From: Guillardia theta CCMP2712 | Lineage: Eukaryota; Protista; Cryptophyta | Length of the DNA: 32,964 bases | NCBI RefSeq assembly: GCF_000315625.1 | Contig: NW_005434534.1 | Location: 1 to 32,964, forward strand | Direction of reading: 5' to 3' | Position numbers and translations under genes: made by a program | The notes under the pieces: model-generated | Databases searched by the model: none | Seen by the model: the letters and a program-made list of their open reading frames with translations, nothing else | Told to the model about the DNA's origin: nothing | Shown here: positions 23,534-32,964 of the stretch, piece by piece | Layout: each line of letters opens with the position of its first letter | Position numbering within the stretch: the first letter of the stretch is position 1

Positions 23534-25688
23534 ATGCGACCATGGTTGATGCTGTTGACGATGGTGGTGGCGATGCAGTGCGAGGAGAGGAGGAAGGGAG
23601 AGAGGAAGCGCCTGCTGCAGACAGACAACAAGCTCGCCCATGACAAGCTTGCCTACAACCTCACAGACTGCCCTTGCGGTAGAGCCCTTGGCGCCTATGG
23701 CGAAGCTCTTCCGGACCTCAAAGTCCTCCTGTCGTCCCTCCTCGCTGATGGGGATCATGTCGTCGTCGTGGGTGAGCCTCCTCCTCGTTGTCGTATCCTC
23801 TGGACTCACATGCTTCAGGCATTCCATGCCCCGATGTCGTTCTCCATGCCTCCAAGGCTGTTGGTCTGAAGGGTCGGGTGATGGTAGTCGACGCCAGCCC
23901 GGACAGGCTACGCAAGTCGCTGCAGCTGAATGGCAACTGGAGGAACGTGCATGTGCTGAGGACTTGTGTCGTGATGCCGCAGGAGCAGAAGTTTGAGAAT
24001 GTCCTTCATCCCTCTCACGCCGACCCGTGCTGATTGAATTGAGACAGGTGTCGGGACGAGCGCCTCCGTGTTTTGCTGGCTACGTTGGTCATGCTTGCGG
24101 AGAGAATCACCTGCCCACACCGCTCGATGCTCTGCTGCCAAGCTACGAGGCAGAAACATCGACGACGCCTGCCCTCTTGCTTCTCTCCCTGTCTCCCCGA
24201 GAGCTGCTGGGAGCGCATGCAGGGTTGCGGGGGATGCTACAAGTCGTTTCGTTTTCGCTTGTTTTCCATTGCGACTATGACGCTCAGGCTGTGGTGGTCG
24301 AGCCGATGAGCGCGGCAGTGATACAGCGGGTGTTGACGTCGTATGAGGAGAGAGGAGGGTGTGTCTTCTTTCATGTGGGCAGACATTCCGCCAGTCCCTC
24401 CGGCCTCGAGGCAGACGAGTTCTACTACCTCCCTCCTCCTGTCCATGTGCTCGCTGTGCCGTCACAGTCTCGGTGGTGCCTGCAGTCTGACATCTTCCAG
24501 CTGTCGCAGAGCTCATTAAAAGGAGCTGCAGCAGGGTGTCTCCTCCGCATCCCTTCCTCTACGCCGGCGTCAGACCTTGGTATCGTTCTCAAGCGCGTGT
24601 TTGTTCGCTGCGTACCGGAGGTTGCAAGGTTTGGCACCAACCCCAGGATGTTCTTCAGGCGCATCTCCTTCCAGCTTCCTCTTCCTGCTCGGTCTAACTT
24701 GGGTTCTCCTGTCCCTTTCGCCTCCCGCTGGACAGTCGGGGAGCTGCTGGAGAAGATTCGGGTGAATCAGTTCCCTCCAGACTGCAGCTCTGCTCGCCTC
24801 CTTCTCTTCCGGTATGTTAACGCGGAGCTCTCGGGGCATGGCTCCATGTTCGGCCACCTCAGCGTCGCGCTCAACGCTGCGATCATCACGAGGAGGACGC
24901 TGGTGGTGGATGAGAGCGCCGCATGGCCCTTCTCCGACGGATGTAAGAGCAGCGAGTGCGCCTCGGGCTTCATGTCGACCTACTTCCTTCCTCTCTCCTC
25001 TTGCCGGGCTCCTTCCAGGCAGGAGGCTCATAACCTTCCTCTCCTCTCAGAGGACTCGTCTGCTCAGCGCGTGGTGCTCGTGCTCGATGACTCGGAACTC
25101 CCTCGGTACCGGACGAGACTCCCGGCGTTGCTGCAGCCCGAGCAAGCAGAGCTCGCGATCCTCGAGTGGTATGCAGCTCTCACCGCCTTCCTCCTCCGCC
25201 CCAGCAACCGGCTGGAGAGAATGATGCGGGAGGAACAGGAATCGATGAAAATCCCTGCTCTCTTCCTGGGCCTTCACATCCGACGTGGACACAAGTGGGT
25301 CGAGACTTCATCGCAGCCTCTGGGGGAGTATCTTCGCTTCGCTTCCATGCTGGCTGACAGGACGAGCGTGCGAGATGTGCTGGTGTGCACGGAGGACGAG
25401 GAAGTGATTGAGGAGCTTGAGAACGTCAAGACTGACTTGCGTTTCCACTACACCAACAGCAGCAGGCCAGGCTACCGAATCTCCATCCCGCATGCCATCT
25501 CTCTAGGCATCCTTAACGCTTCTTCAGAGAACCGCGTGTCGCTTGTCAACCTCCTCCTCCTCGCAAGGAGCGCGGCGTTCGTGGGCACGTTTTCGAGCGG
25601 GTACAGCAAGCGAGTCTTCGAGCTGATCGCAGCCCAGCAGCAGGCGCTTCCTCTCTTCGTCTCCTTGGATCACGTCTGGAGTCCGTGA
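23534..25688 (+). CDS. secretory-pathway GT23 (FUT8/NodZ-like alpha-1,6-fucosyltransferase) with N-terminal degenerate FkbM-like methyltransferase domain
   Basis: GT23 blocks: GHGSMFGHL...RRTLVVD, YFLPLSSC, WYAALTAFLLRP, LGLHIRRGHKWVE, VLVCTEDEEVIEEL, LLLLARSAAFVGTFSSGYSKRVFEL. The N-terminus has a signal (MRPWLMLLTMVVAMQC) and LLADGDHVVVV|...SKAVGLKGRVMVVDASPDRLRKSLQLNGNWRNVHV. Confidence 0.8.
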
Positions 25689-25743
25689 AAGAGCTAGGGG
25701 CTACAAGGACTCCTACCACCTCTCCTCAGGGCTGCCTCCTAGC

Positions 25744-28700
25744 CTAGGGGCTCGGGTTTCGTTCCTGGTGGTCGGGGAGGTTGGCGGGGCGGTTGGACTT
25801 GAGGATGGCGGAGGAGGTGCTGAGAGCCTGCGCGAGCTGAAAGCACTGCTCCCTCGGCGTCGTCTGGTTGGACCCGCTCACAAGCACCAAGTCGCTCTGC
25901 TCAAGGTTGAGAGTCGCCACGGCTCTCGAGATCTCCTGCTGAGCGTCCTGCTGGGAGATCTTGCGGATATTCTCGATGGCCTTCTTGAGCTGCTGGAACT
26001 TGTTGATCTGCTCGTTCCTCCGCTGGCCTCTCGGAGGTTCGCTCCTCCTCCTCGCTTGAACTTTTGAATTCCCTTGCCTCGGCTCCTCCGTCCTCTCCCT
26101 CCTCCCCTTGTCTCGAGCCGTCTCTTCCTGCTGCGGTTTCTTCTTCTCGGTTTCAAACTGCTTCTCATAGAGCATGTTCATCTTCTGCTTGTTCATCTTC
26201 TTCTCGCTCCTTCCTCCCCCATGCCCATTGCCCTTTTCCGCGTCCTCCCCGCGCGCTGACCCTTCGCGCACATTCCGGCTGACCTGCTGGGTGAGGGATT
26301 TGAGCATCTTAGAGAGGGTTGCGATCCTCTCGTTGATTCTCGCCACGTCCTCTTCAAGCTCTTCGGGGACTACCTCCTCCTCCTGCATGCTCTCGAACTC
26401 GAGGAAGAGCAGCTTCATCGTCAGGAACATGCTTCTCTGTACGTCGTCGCCCTGCCATGCTCGTGTCAGCCATGCAAGAGGAGAACATCTCTTCTTGCCT
26501 CCCCCATGGAGTTGAGAGTCTCTCGCTGATTGTAGCATTGAAGCTCTTTGACCATGATCACAGCGAACTGCTCCCTGTCGATCTCACCATCCTGCCCCCA
26601 CGTCACTGTAGAGAGCAACGCCTACGCTAATCCCCTCCTCCTCCTCCTCCTCCTCCTCCTCCTCCTCCTCTCCCTCCCCTTGTCGCCTTTCCCCCCTCTC
26701 TGTCTCTCTCGTCGGCTTCTCCCTCACCTCGTTGCACAGAACTCCTTCCTGCGTGATGCTGCAAGTGCAGGTCACAAACAGACAAACGACCGTTGAAACT
26801 TACAGCGAGAAGTCGTCCTGTGCCAGCTGGACTCGAGTTGGGAGAGGGAGCAGATCAAACGCCTCGTTCATTGACTCCATCGTCAGGTACCCTGACTTCT
26901 CGATGTCCAACTTCTGCAGGGGCCCATCTGAGCCCAGGCTGACATATCAAAGTAGCGACGCACCTGGAAGAGCTCGTCGATGCGATGGAGCAGATCTTCT
27001 TTGTCGTTGAACTTTGACAAGGACTCGATCACGGCGTCCAGTGACCCCGTCGCTCGCGCTGCCTGTCGCTTCCTCTGCAGCTCCTCGTCCGACTTTTCTT
27101 TCTGCAGGTCAGGCATCAGCTCAGTCTCACGTCAGCGCCGCTCGCACAGCTGCTTGCTTCTCTGCCGTGATGGTCTGAATCAGCTCGTCGAGGAGAACAG
27201 CAACGACGACGTTGACCAGGATGACGCTCGTCTACAGAATCCGGTAAGCAAAGCAGCACTTGTATTCGAGCATGGTGCACACCACGAGGACGTAGGAGGA
27301 GAAGAAGAGGGCGACGCCTCGATCAAAGCCTCCTTTCTCTGCCATGTAAGTCGGCCTAGCGACGTAGGACGCCCATGAGTCTCCCTACGGTCTGTGAGCG
27401 GAAGGAGGAGCGGGAAGGAAGCAGCTCACAGTAGCGATCTGAAACATGGTGAAGACAGAAGCGCTCATGCTCCCGAAGAATTCTTTCTTAGAAGTCCTGA
27501 AACAGAGTGACGCCGCGACTAGGCCTGCTTCCCTTCTCACCCGTAGAGGTTGGTTGCGAGGACAGCATAGCAGCAGGTCACCACCATGAGCAGCCCGAGA
27601 GCAGACACGACGGGCCGCATGGCCTTCATCAGACCCCAGAGGATCCTCCTGAACGATCGCAGACGACCGAGAACTCGGAGGATGCGAAGGATGCGAATGG
27701 GCCTCAGCATCTGTGACGAATCTCAGCGACGAGCTTGTTGACCCTCAACCTCACAGTGATCTGAAAGAGATTCGCAAATACTGACAAGACGATCACTAAC
27801 GCGTCCATGGAGTTCCAAACTTAAAACGTTGATGTCAAAGCAAGGAAAATCAAATGCGGATACAAATCTCACTGTGTATCACGAATTTTCGCCTCCAATC
27901 GTTGAAGTGAGCAGCAATTAGGATGAAAAATTCAAACATGAAAAAGAGACTGCAAGCAATGTTCACAGCTCTCAAGATCCCTGCGCTTATGAGTCGTGTG
28001 GTTTTACTCTTTGACGAGCTCGACCTGAAATTGTCTTCTGCTTCGTATAAATCCAAAATGTAGGCCAACAGAATGACAGTAGAGCACACATAGATATAAA
28101 TCTTGTTCTTATAGAGTTTGAGCGAGTTGATTTGCAACCATCGGGTCGAACTTCCCGCGATGTCTTGTCGTTCAACATCACTCTTATGCCTTTTAATTGC
28201 GGCCTTGTATGTTTTGGTCAGTGTACGAAACCAGGTCTCATATTCATCCTCGTCATTTGCTTGAAAGATGTAAGTCCTGCCATCCAACAGTATCACCGCA
28301 GGAATCGTTGTTCACAATGTCACCTTCCGTTGTTTATTCCCATCTCATCAGTTTGAATGACGAAAGTCAAGTGGGTTCTCTCTGACGCGTTTGATCCTCT
28401 TCGCTTCGATTTTCGCACTGATCGTCGCTTGTTGTTGTCAGGACCTTTCGTGATGTTCTCCAGGTCTCGGAACCGACCGACGCTGACAATCTCATGTAGT
28501 GGGATTTTGTCCGTGACCAAGTGCTGCAAGTCAGGGTTCGCAAAGTACAAGTCTGTACTGGTGAGAACAGCATACTTGGGGTCCCACGAGTTGGAAGAAC
28601 TGCAAACAAGTACGTGAGAGAAAGCAGGCGCAAACAAGTCAGCCGTCTGCTGTCATCAGCAGCTTGTGTGATATGGCACATATGCTTCACCTGCTCGTCT

Positions 28701-28887
28701 TCTTGTCTAGGGTGCCGCTTAAGATTATGTCGTCCGTGGGCATTGACTCGTTCATGAAGCTGCCCTTCATGCTGAAGCTGCCTCTCCGGCTCCATCTTGG
28801 TGCCTGGCTCTGTTGGTCAGACTCCATATCTTCATCCGAGTCGTAAATCAAGTCATCTCGGATTTCTTGGCTTGTGTTTCGATTCAT
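25744..28887 (-). CDS. single-domain (6TM) voltage-gated Ca2+/Na+-type channel with N-terminal PH domain and degenerate EF-hand + coiled coil (paralogue 2)
   Basis: PH: ILSGTLDKKTS..WDPKYAVLTSTDLYF...DKIPLHEIVSV...TFVIQT...NG|RTYIFQANDEDEYETWFRTL. S3: WNSMDALVIVLS. S4: MLRPIRILRILRVLGRL. Pore: FFGSMSASVFTMFQIAT|GDSWASYVARP. S6: LFFSSYVLV|TSVILVNVVVAVLLDE. EF-like loop DIEKSGYLTMES (26872-26907). Start codon tentative. Confidence 0.88.
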
Positions 28888-29315
28888 GTCGGTCTCTGTT
28901 TCGATTTTCGCTGGACCAGCAAAAACAAGCTGGTTTGACTCAGCTAGTGACGTGTCTTCTGCAATTCTAGTGAAGGAAAGCAACTGTTGTGCACTGACGA
29001 GCCTTCAAACTGGCCCGGCAGAGCGACAAAATTCAGTTCGGATCCTCAAACGCTTTGTACCTCAGAAGTTTAAATTTCTTCCGCCCAGCCCTTTTTGTTC
29101 GTCCTGATTCCTTCTGCTATCAAATCGTTGAGGTCCTCAATGACCTTTTTGGCCAATTGCTGCCTGCTATTACAAGTCACTTGTCTGTACTCGTGAGTCA
29201 ACGTCCGTTTGCCAGCCTCTTCCTTCCGACCCCCATGATCAATCGCAGAATTCCAGCGCTCTCGTCCACTCCCTTCATCTCCTTCTTGTTCCTCTCCTCC
29301 TCTCCGTATTGACCT

Positions 29316-29497
29316 CCTTCTCTCTTCTCTCTTCTCTCTTCTTCTCTTCTTCTCTTCTCTCCTCTCTCTTCTCTCTTCTCTCTTCTTCTCTTCTCTCTTC
29401 TCTCTTCTCTCCTCTCTCTTCTCTCTTCTCTCTTCTCTCTTCTCTCTTCTTCTCTGCTCTCTTCTCTCTTCTCTCTTCTTCTCTTCTTCTCTCTTCT

Positions 29498-29583
<86 letters not shown>

Positions 29584-29620
29584 TCTCTCTTCTTCTCTTC
29601 TCTCTCCTCTTCTCTCCGCC
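29316..29620. repeat. polypyrimidine (CT/CTT/CTTCT)n compound microsatellite, probably intronic
   Basis: Direct reading; bounded by a gtattg donor-like site (~29306) and a ttgcag acceptor (~29646) on the + strand. Confidence 0.9.
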
Positions 29621-29720
29621 TCCTCGTCTCATTCCCCTGGTTGCAGGTCAACTCCTTTGACATACCGTGGAGACTTCATCCCCGCTATGACCACACATAT
29701 CGTTACCTGCATAACGGTCA

Positions 29721-30499
29721 ATGGGCCATGGCGAAAGGGAGCAAGACCATGAAGTGTGGGGAACGAGGATGAAGCTGAGAGAGCAGGACAGGCACGTGCG
29801 AAGAGAGGATCCCACCTCAGCTCGCGTCTGGCCGGCCTCCTCCTTCCTCGCCCAGCAGCTCCAGACTCTCGTGGGTCTCGACGGCTTCCGGGGGAAGCGC
29901 GTGCTCGAGCTGGGGTCAGGGACTGGCCTACTGGGGATGGCAGTGGCGGCACAAGGAGGATGCGTGACGATGACCGACATGCCGTACACCATTGTGTTGA
30001 TTGACCAGAATGTGGAGTTGAACAGTCACTTGTTCGCTGCTTGTAATCGTCCTCGCACTGTTCCATTTGCTTGGGGAAGGGACGTGAGTGGGTGAGTAGA
30101 AAATAGGCAAAGACATGCTTCTGATCTTTTCTTTGGCAGCCTCGCACCTCCATACGATATGATATTGTGTTCAGACCTGTTATACTGGGGGGGATGGGAC
30201 TTACTTGTACAAGATACCCGGATGCCGCTGATAGATGCATTAATCAGCACGAGCGACGAGGGCACGAGGATATATTTTGCATGGATCGTCCGCAATGTGG
30301 AGAGAGAGCGTGAATTCTTAGAATTGGCAGGTGCCTTTCTGCAACTTGATTTCCATTTGTTTTTCTCTGATTGGCTGTGACAGGGAGATTTTTCTGGGTG
30401 CAGGAAATGGTAGGAGAGGACGATAAAGTTTTGTGGAATGATGGAATGCCGAAGCTCATATGCTTGCGAAAGAAATTCAAAGACTCGGAAGTACTGTAA
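29721..30499 (+). CDS. METTL21/Methyltransf_16-type protein-lysine methyltransferase (5' end probably extends to ~29140)
   Basis: Motifs TSARVWPASSFLA, FRGKRVLELGSGTGLLGMAVA, VTMTD, IDQNVELN, FAWG and YDMILCSDLLY. Two short introns join ORFs 29721-30095 and 30159-30380 to a final exon ending TAA 30497-30499. Confidence 0.88.
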
Positions 30500-30697
30500 T
30501 AAGTATGAAATCTCAGAAGGCTCAAATCCCGAGCAGATGTAAATGTTGTGCAATGGCAATCTTATGAGAGTTGAAAAGTGTTTATTTCTTTGTTGGTTTG
30601 CTCACTTGAACTGGGAGTTCCTTGCGGAGATCGAGCTACATCCTGCTAGAAATAGAGCACACGCTACCTGCGATGAGAAAGGGCCGGTCTGTTTCAC

Positions 30698-31536
30698 TCA
30701 AGTTAGTCTTAGCTTGTGGAGGCTCATCAACGTCACCTTGGAGGGTTTCTTGCAAGTCAAGGACTCGTCCGGCACACATAGATTAGGATCGACATTCTGC
30801 AGCTTGCCGCAAGCAGAAAACTTAGCTGCTACCTGTGACATACCGGGTGCCTGCGCGAATGAGTGCGCAGGTAAGACGGCTACCGATGCTTTTTGAGTTT
30901 CTTTTGCCCATTTGCTGGGTTGTTGAGCTTGCTTGAAGACAGTATGTTTTTCACTGTCGGGAAGATTACATCTGTGACCTTTCTTCGGCTTGCCACAACG
31001 ACTGCACTTATAGCTCCCCCTTGGAATCGTTGGTGATTGGGAAGTCAAGACAAACTCTTGCTCCAAGGTTTTCGCTTTCTTGCCTCCCCTTGCTGCATCC
31101 AAAGCAAGATTGCAGTTTGGCTGGGCCTGAATAGACATGTCTTGTGCACTTTTTCTTTTTCGACTTTCGTTTATGTCAGATGCTATCTCCATCTTCATTC
31201 CTGTTGATCTGCTCGATGAGAGAAACAGAAGTGCGTCCACTGCCTCCTTGTGCGATTCTGTTGCCTCTCCTTCGAGTTTTCCTTGAGCGAACGCTGGCCG
31301 GACAACCGTTGGTTTGACAAGAAGCGATGCAACTTTCGCTGTATCAAGGACAGAGAACCGGCTGCCCGGAAGACTTATGTTGAGACTGAAACAGTTGTTA
31401 GATGACTGTCAGAGCCAAGCACTTGTAATGCATTGAGTTCGTTGTCATGAATGACAGACTTCAATGCAACATGAGCAGAAGAAGGTTCTCCATTGCACCA
31501 CTCAGGACTCAACAATCGGCACCATCTGAAATTCAT
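30698..31536 (-). CDS. putative transcription regulator with Y-x-C-x2-C-G-x-P-K-K-G-H-x-C zinc knuckle
   Basis: YKCSRCGKPKKGHRC (~30968-31012), basic RKRK (NLS-like) and an EAVDALLFLS amphipathic motif. The frame is open upstream to an acceptor near 31385, with a tentative first exon from ATG 31536. Confidence 0.6.
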
Positions 31537-32042
31537 GTACCTTGATGTTCTACAGCTTTGATGCTCAGAGTTGGTATATGAACATGTGTCTGTTTGTGCT
31601 CAACTCTTCCTATCTCATTCTCATCTTCTCTCTCATCGCAATCCTCCCCCCTCGTCTCGCGCACTTCGCACCTGGTCACGAACTTGGCCATCAGGGTCGG
31701 CTTTCAACGGATTGGCAAGCTGGTGGTTTCGAAATACATGGCGGGGGTGGTCTACAATTACCACCATGTGTCTGATAGAAAAATGAAGGGATAAAGGGGG
31801 TAGTCGAAGTAAAAGACTGGCCAGGTGACGGGTGGGGTGGTCATTGAATTGCTAGTAACGGACAAAGTCTCAAATTTCATGCAACTGAAATGTAACGGAA
31901 TTTTAGTAACGGTTAAAAGCTTGGAGGTAACCGACACCATGAAAGACATCAAATATTTGTGCCAGATCAAATACTATCCGACATTTGCTGCCCTTGATCA
32001 TGATGAGGCGGACCAGGACTTTGTTGAGGTTTTCACGAAAAA

Positions 32043-32085
32043 GAGCAGAGCAGAGCAGAGCAGAGCAGAGCAGAGCAGAGCAGAG
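32043..32085. repeat. (GCAGA)n microsatellite
   Basis: Direct reading, ~8 units. Confidence 0.9.
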
Positions 32086-32964
32086 AGAACAGCTGGAAGA
32101 CCAGGGGAGGGGATAGGATAGGAACAGAGGAGAGCCGGGTAGAGTAGGGAGAAGTTTCAGCAAACGACAGCAAGCCAGGGGGGCGGAACTGGAGAGGGCA
32201 GGAGGAAAGGGCAGGACAGATAGGTGGAGGGGGGAAGATGCTCTCTGTGAACAGCTCATGAGAACTCTAGCATCGTCACCAACCACGATCGATGAGCGGA
32301 TGATCTTCGTGCAAGATGGATGCACTTGATATTGAGGTGCTTCCTCCTCCAAGCTGGCTCGATCCTTGGAGGTCTGCAGCCTTGCTCTGACAGCACATGC
32401 TTCGCTCATTCGGATTCAAGGAGGGCAGGAGGTTTGTGGCGGCTCAGAATATGCTGCAACGGTCTTGTCCTGCAAACTTTACGTCTCTCGCAAATCGAGC
32501 GCCTGGGGCTGAGGCGATATGAGCTCGTTTGGCACCATGTGATGGCTGGATGCTGTGCCGCCGCCGCTGATGATGCTCTTGGAAGGCTCTGCTGGCATCA
32601 ACTCTGAGGACTGAAGTTCAAGGAGTTGCGCTGGCCGATCTCTTGAAGACGCTCGAGCCTGCTGACAGGTCAGGTGGCGTCACCTCGTAGGTTGAGGGTT
32701 TAGGTTGCCGCAGCTGGCGGTTCATGTATCAGTTGTCTGGCAACGGCTACACGACTGTGACAGATAGGGAGGACATGCAGGTTCGTGACTGGCATGTCAC
32801 GATCACGTCACAATGACCGGGAAGCAGGACGCTTTCATCGCCGTTCGAGACATCAAGGGAAACCTGCTGGATCGAGACATGGGGGGCGTGAGGATAGTTT
32901 TTCCTGGCCTGTACGGAGGAAGAGGGAGGAAGGGGACATTGGAGAGAAACGTTTGGGGGGGGGC

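Noticed and set aside
18046-28887. The two channel units as one two-domain (TPC-like) or four-domain channel gene, or as true CatSper orthologues
   Set aside because: Each has its own PH domain, C-terminal tail and stop, and an opposite-strand gene lies between them; orthology cannot be assigned without phylogeny.
29070-29752. Glu/Arg-rich and Leu/Ser-rich ORFs
   Set aside because: Translations of a CT microsatellite on either strand.
32260-32900. Possible minus-strand exons near the right edge
   Set aside because: Some splice-like signals exist, but I could not build a phase-consistent model or recognise a product.

Overview
Gene-dense, GC-rich eukaryotic nuclear DNA with many short (~45-55 nt) GT-AG introns carrying CTGAC/CTAAC-like branch points. 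Many introns are expanded by microsatellites, and there is one 100-N gap (10398-10497). The style suggests a flagellated alga with a secondary plastid, most like a cryptophyte (inference, not proven). The ORF track is largely misleading because real genes are split into small exons, so I spliced them by hand; all family calls are by motif recognition, not database search. About 13 genes alternate mostly head-to-head and tail-to-tail. Highlights: (1) two same-strand paralogous single-domain (6TM) voltage-gated cation channel genes, each with an N-terminal PH domain, an Asp-containing filter (TGDGW / TGDSW) and a C-terminal EF-hand plus coiled coil; (2) a multi-exon secreted Cys-rich protein with a Ly6/uPAR (three-finger, Quiver/Sleepless-like) cysteine pattern and a GPI-type tail, invisible in the ORF track; (3) a protein joining a TPX2-type Aurora-binding motif to a SAM domain; (4) a Fuseless-like membrane protein; (5) an FkbM-like/GT23 fucosyltransferase fusion. 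Also present are a UPF0193/EVG1 homologue, a METTL21-type methyltransferase and GGGGTA-rich clusters upstream of gene starts.
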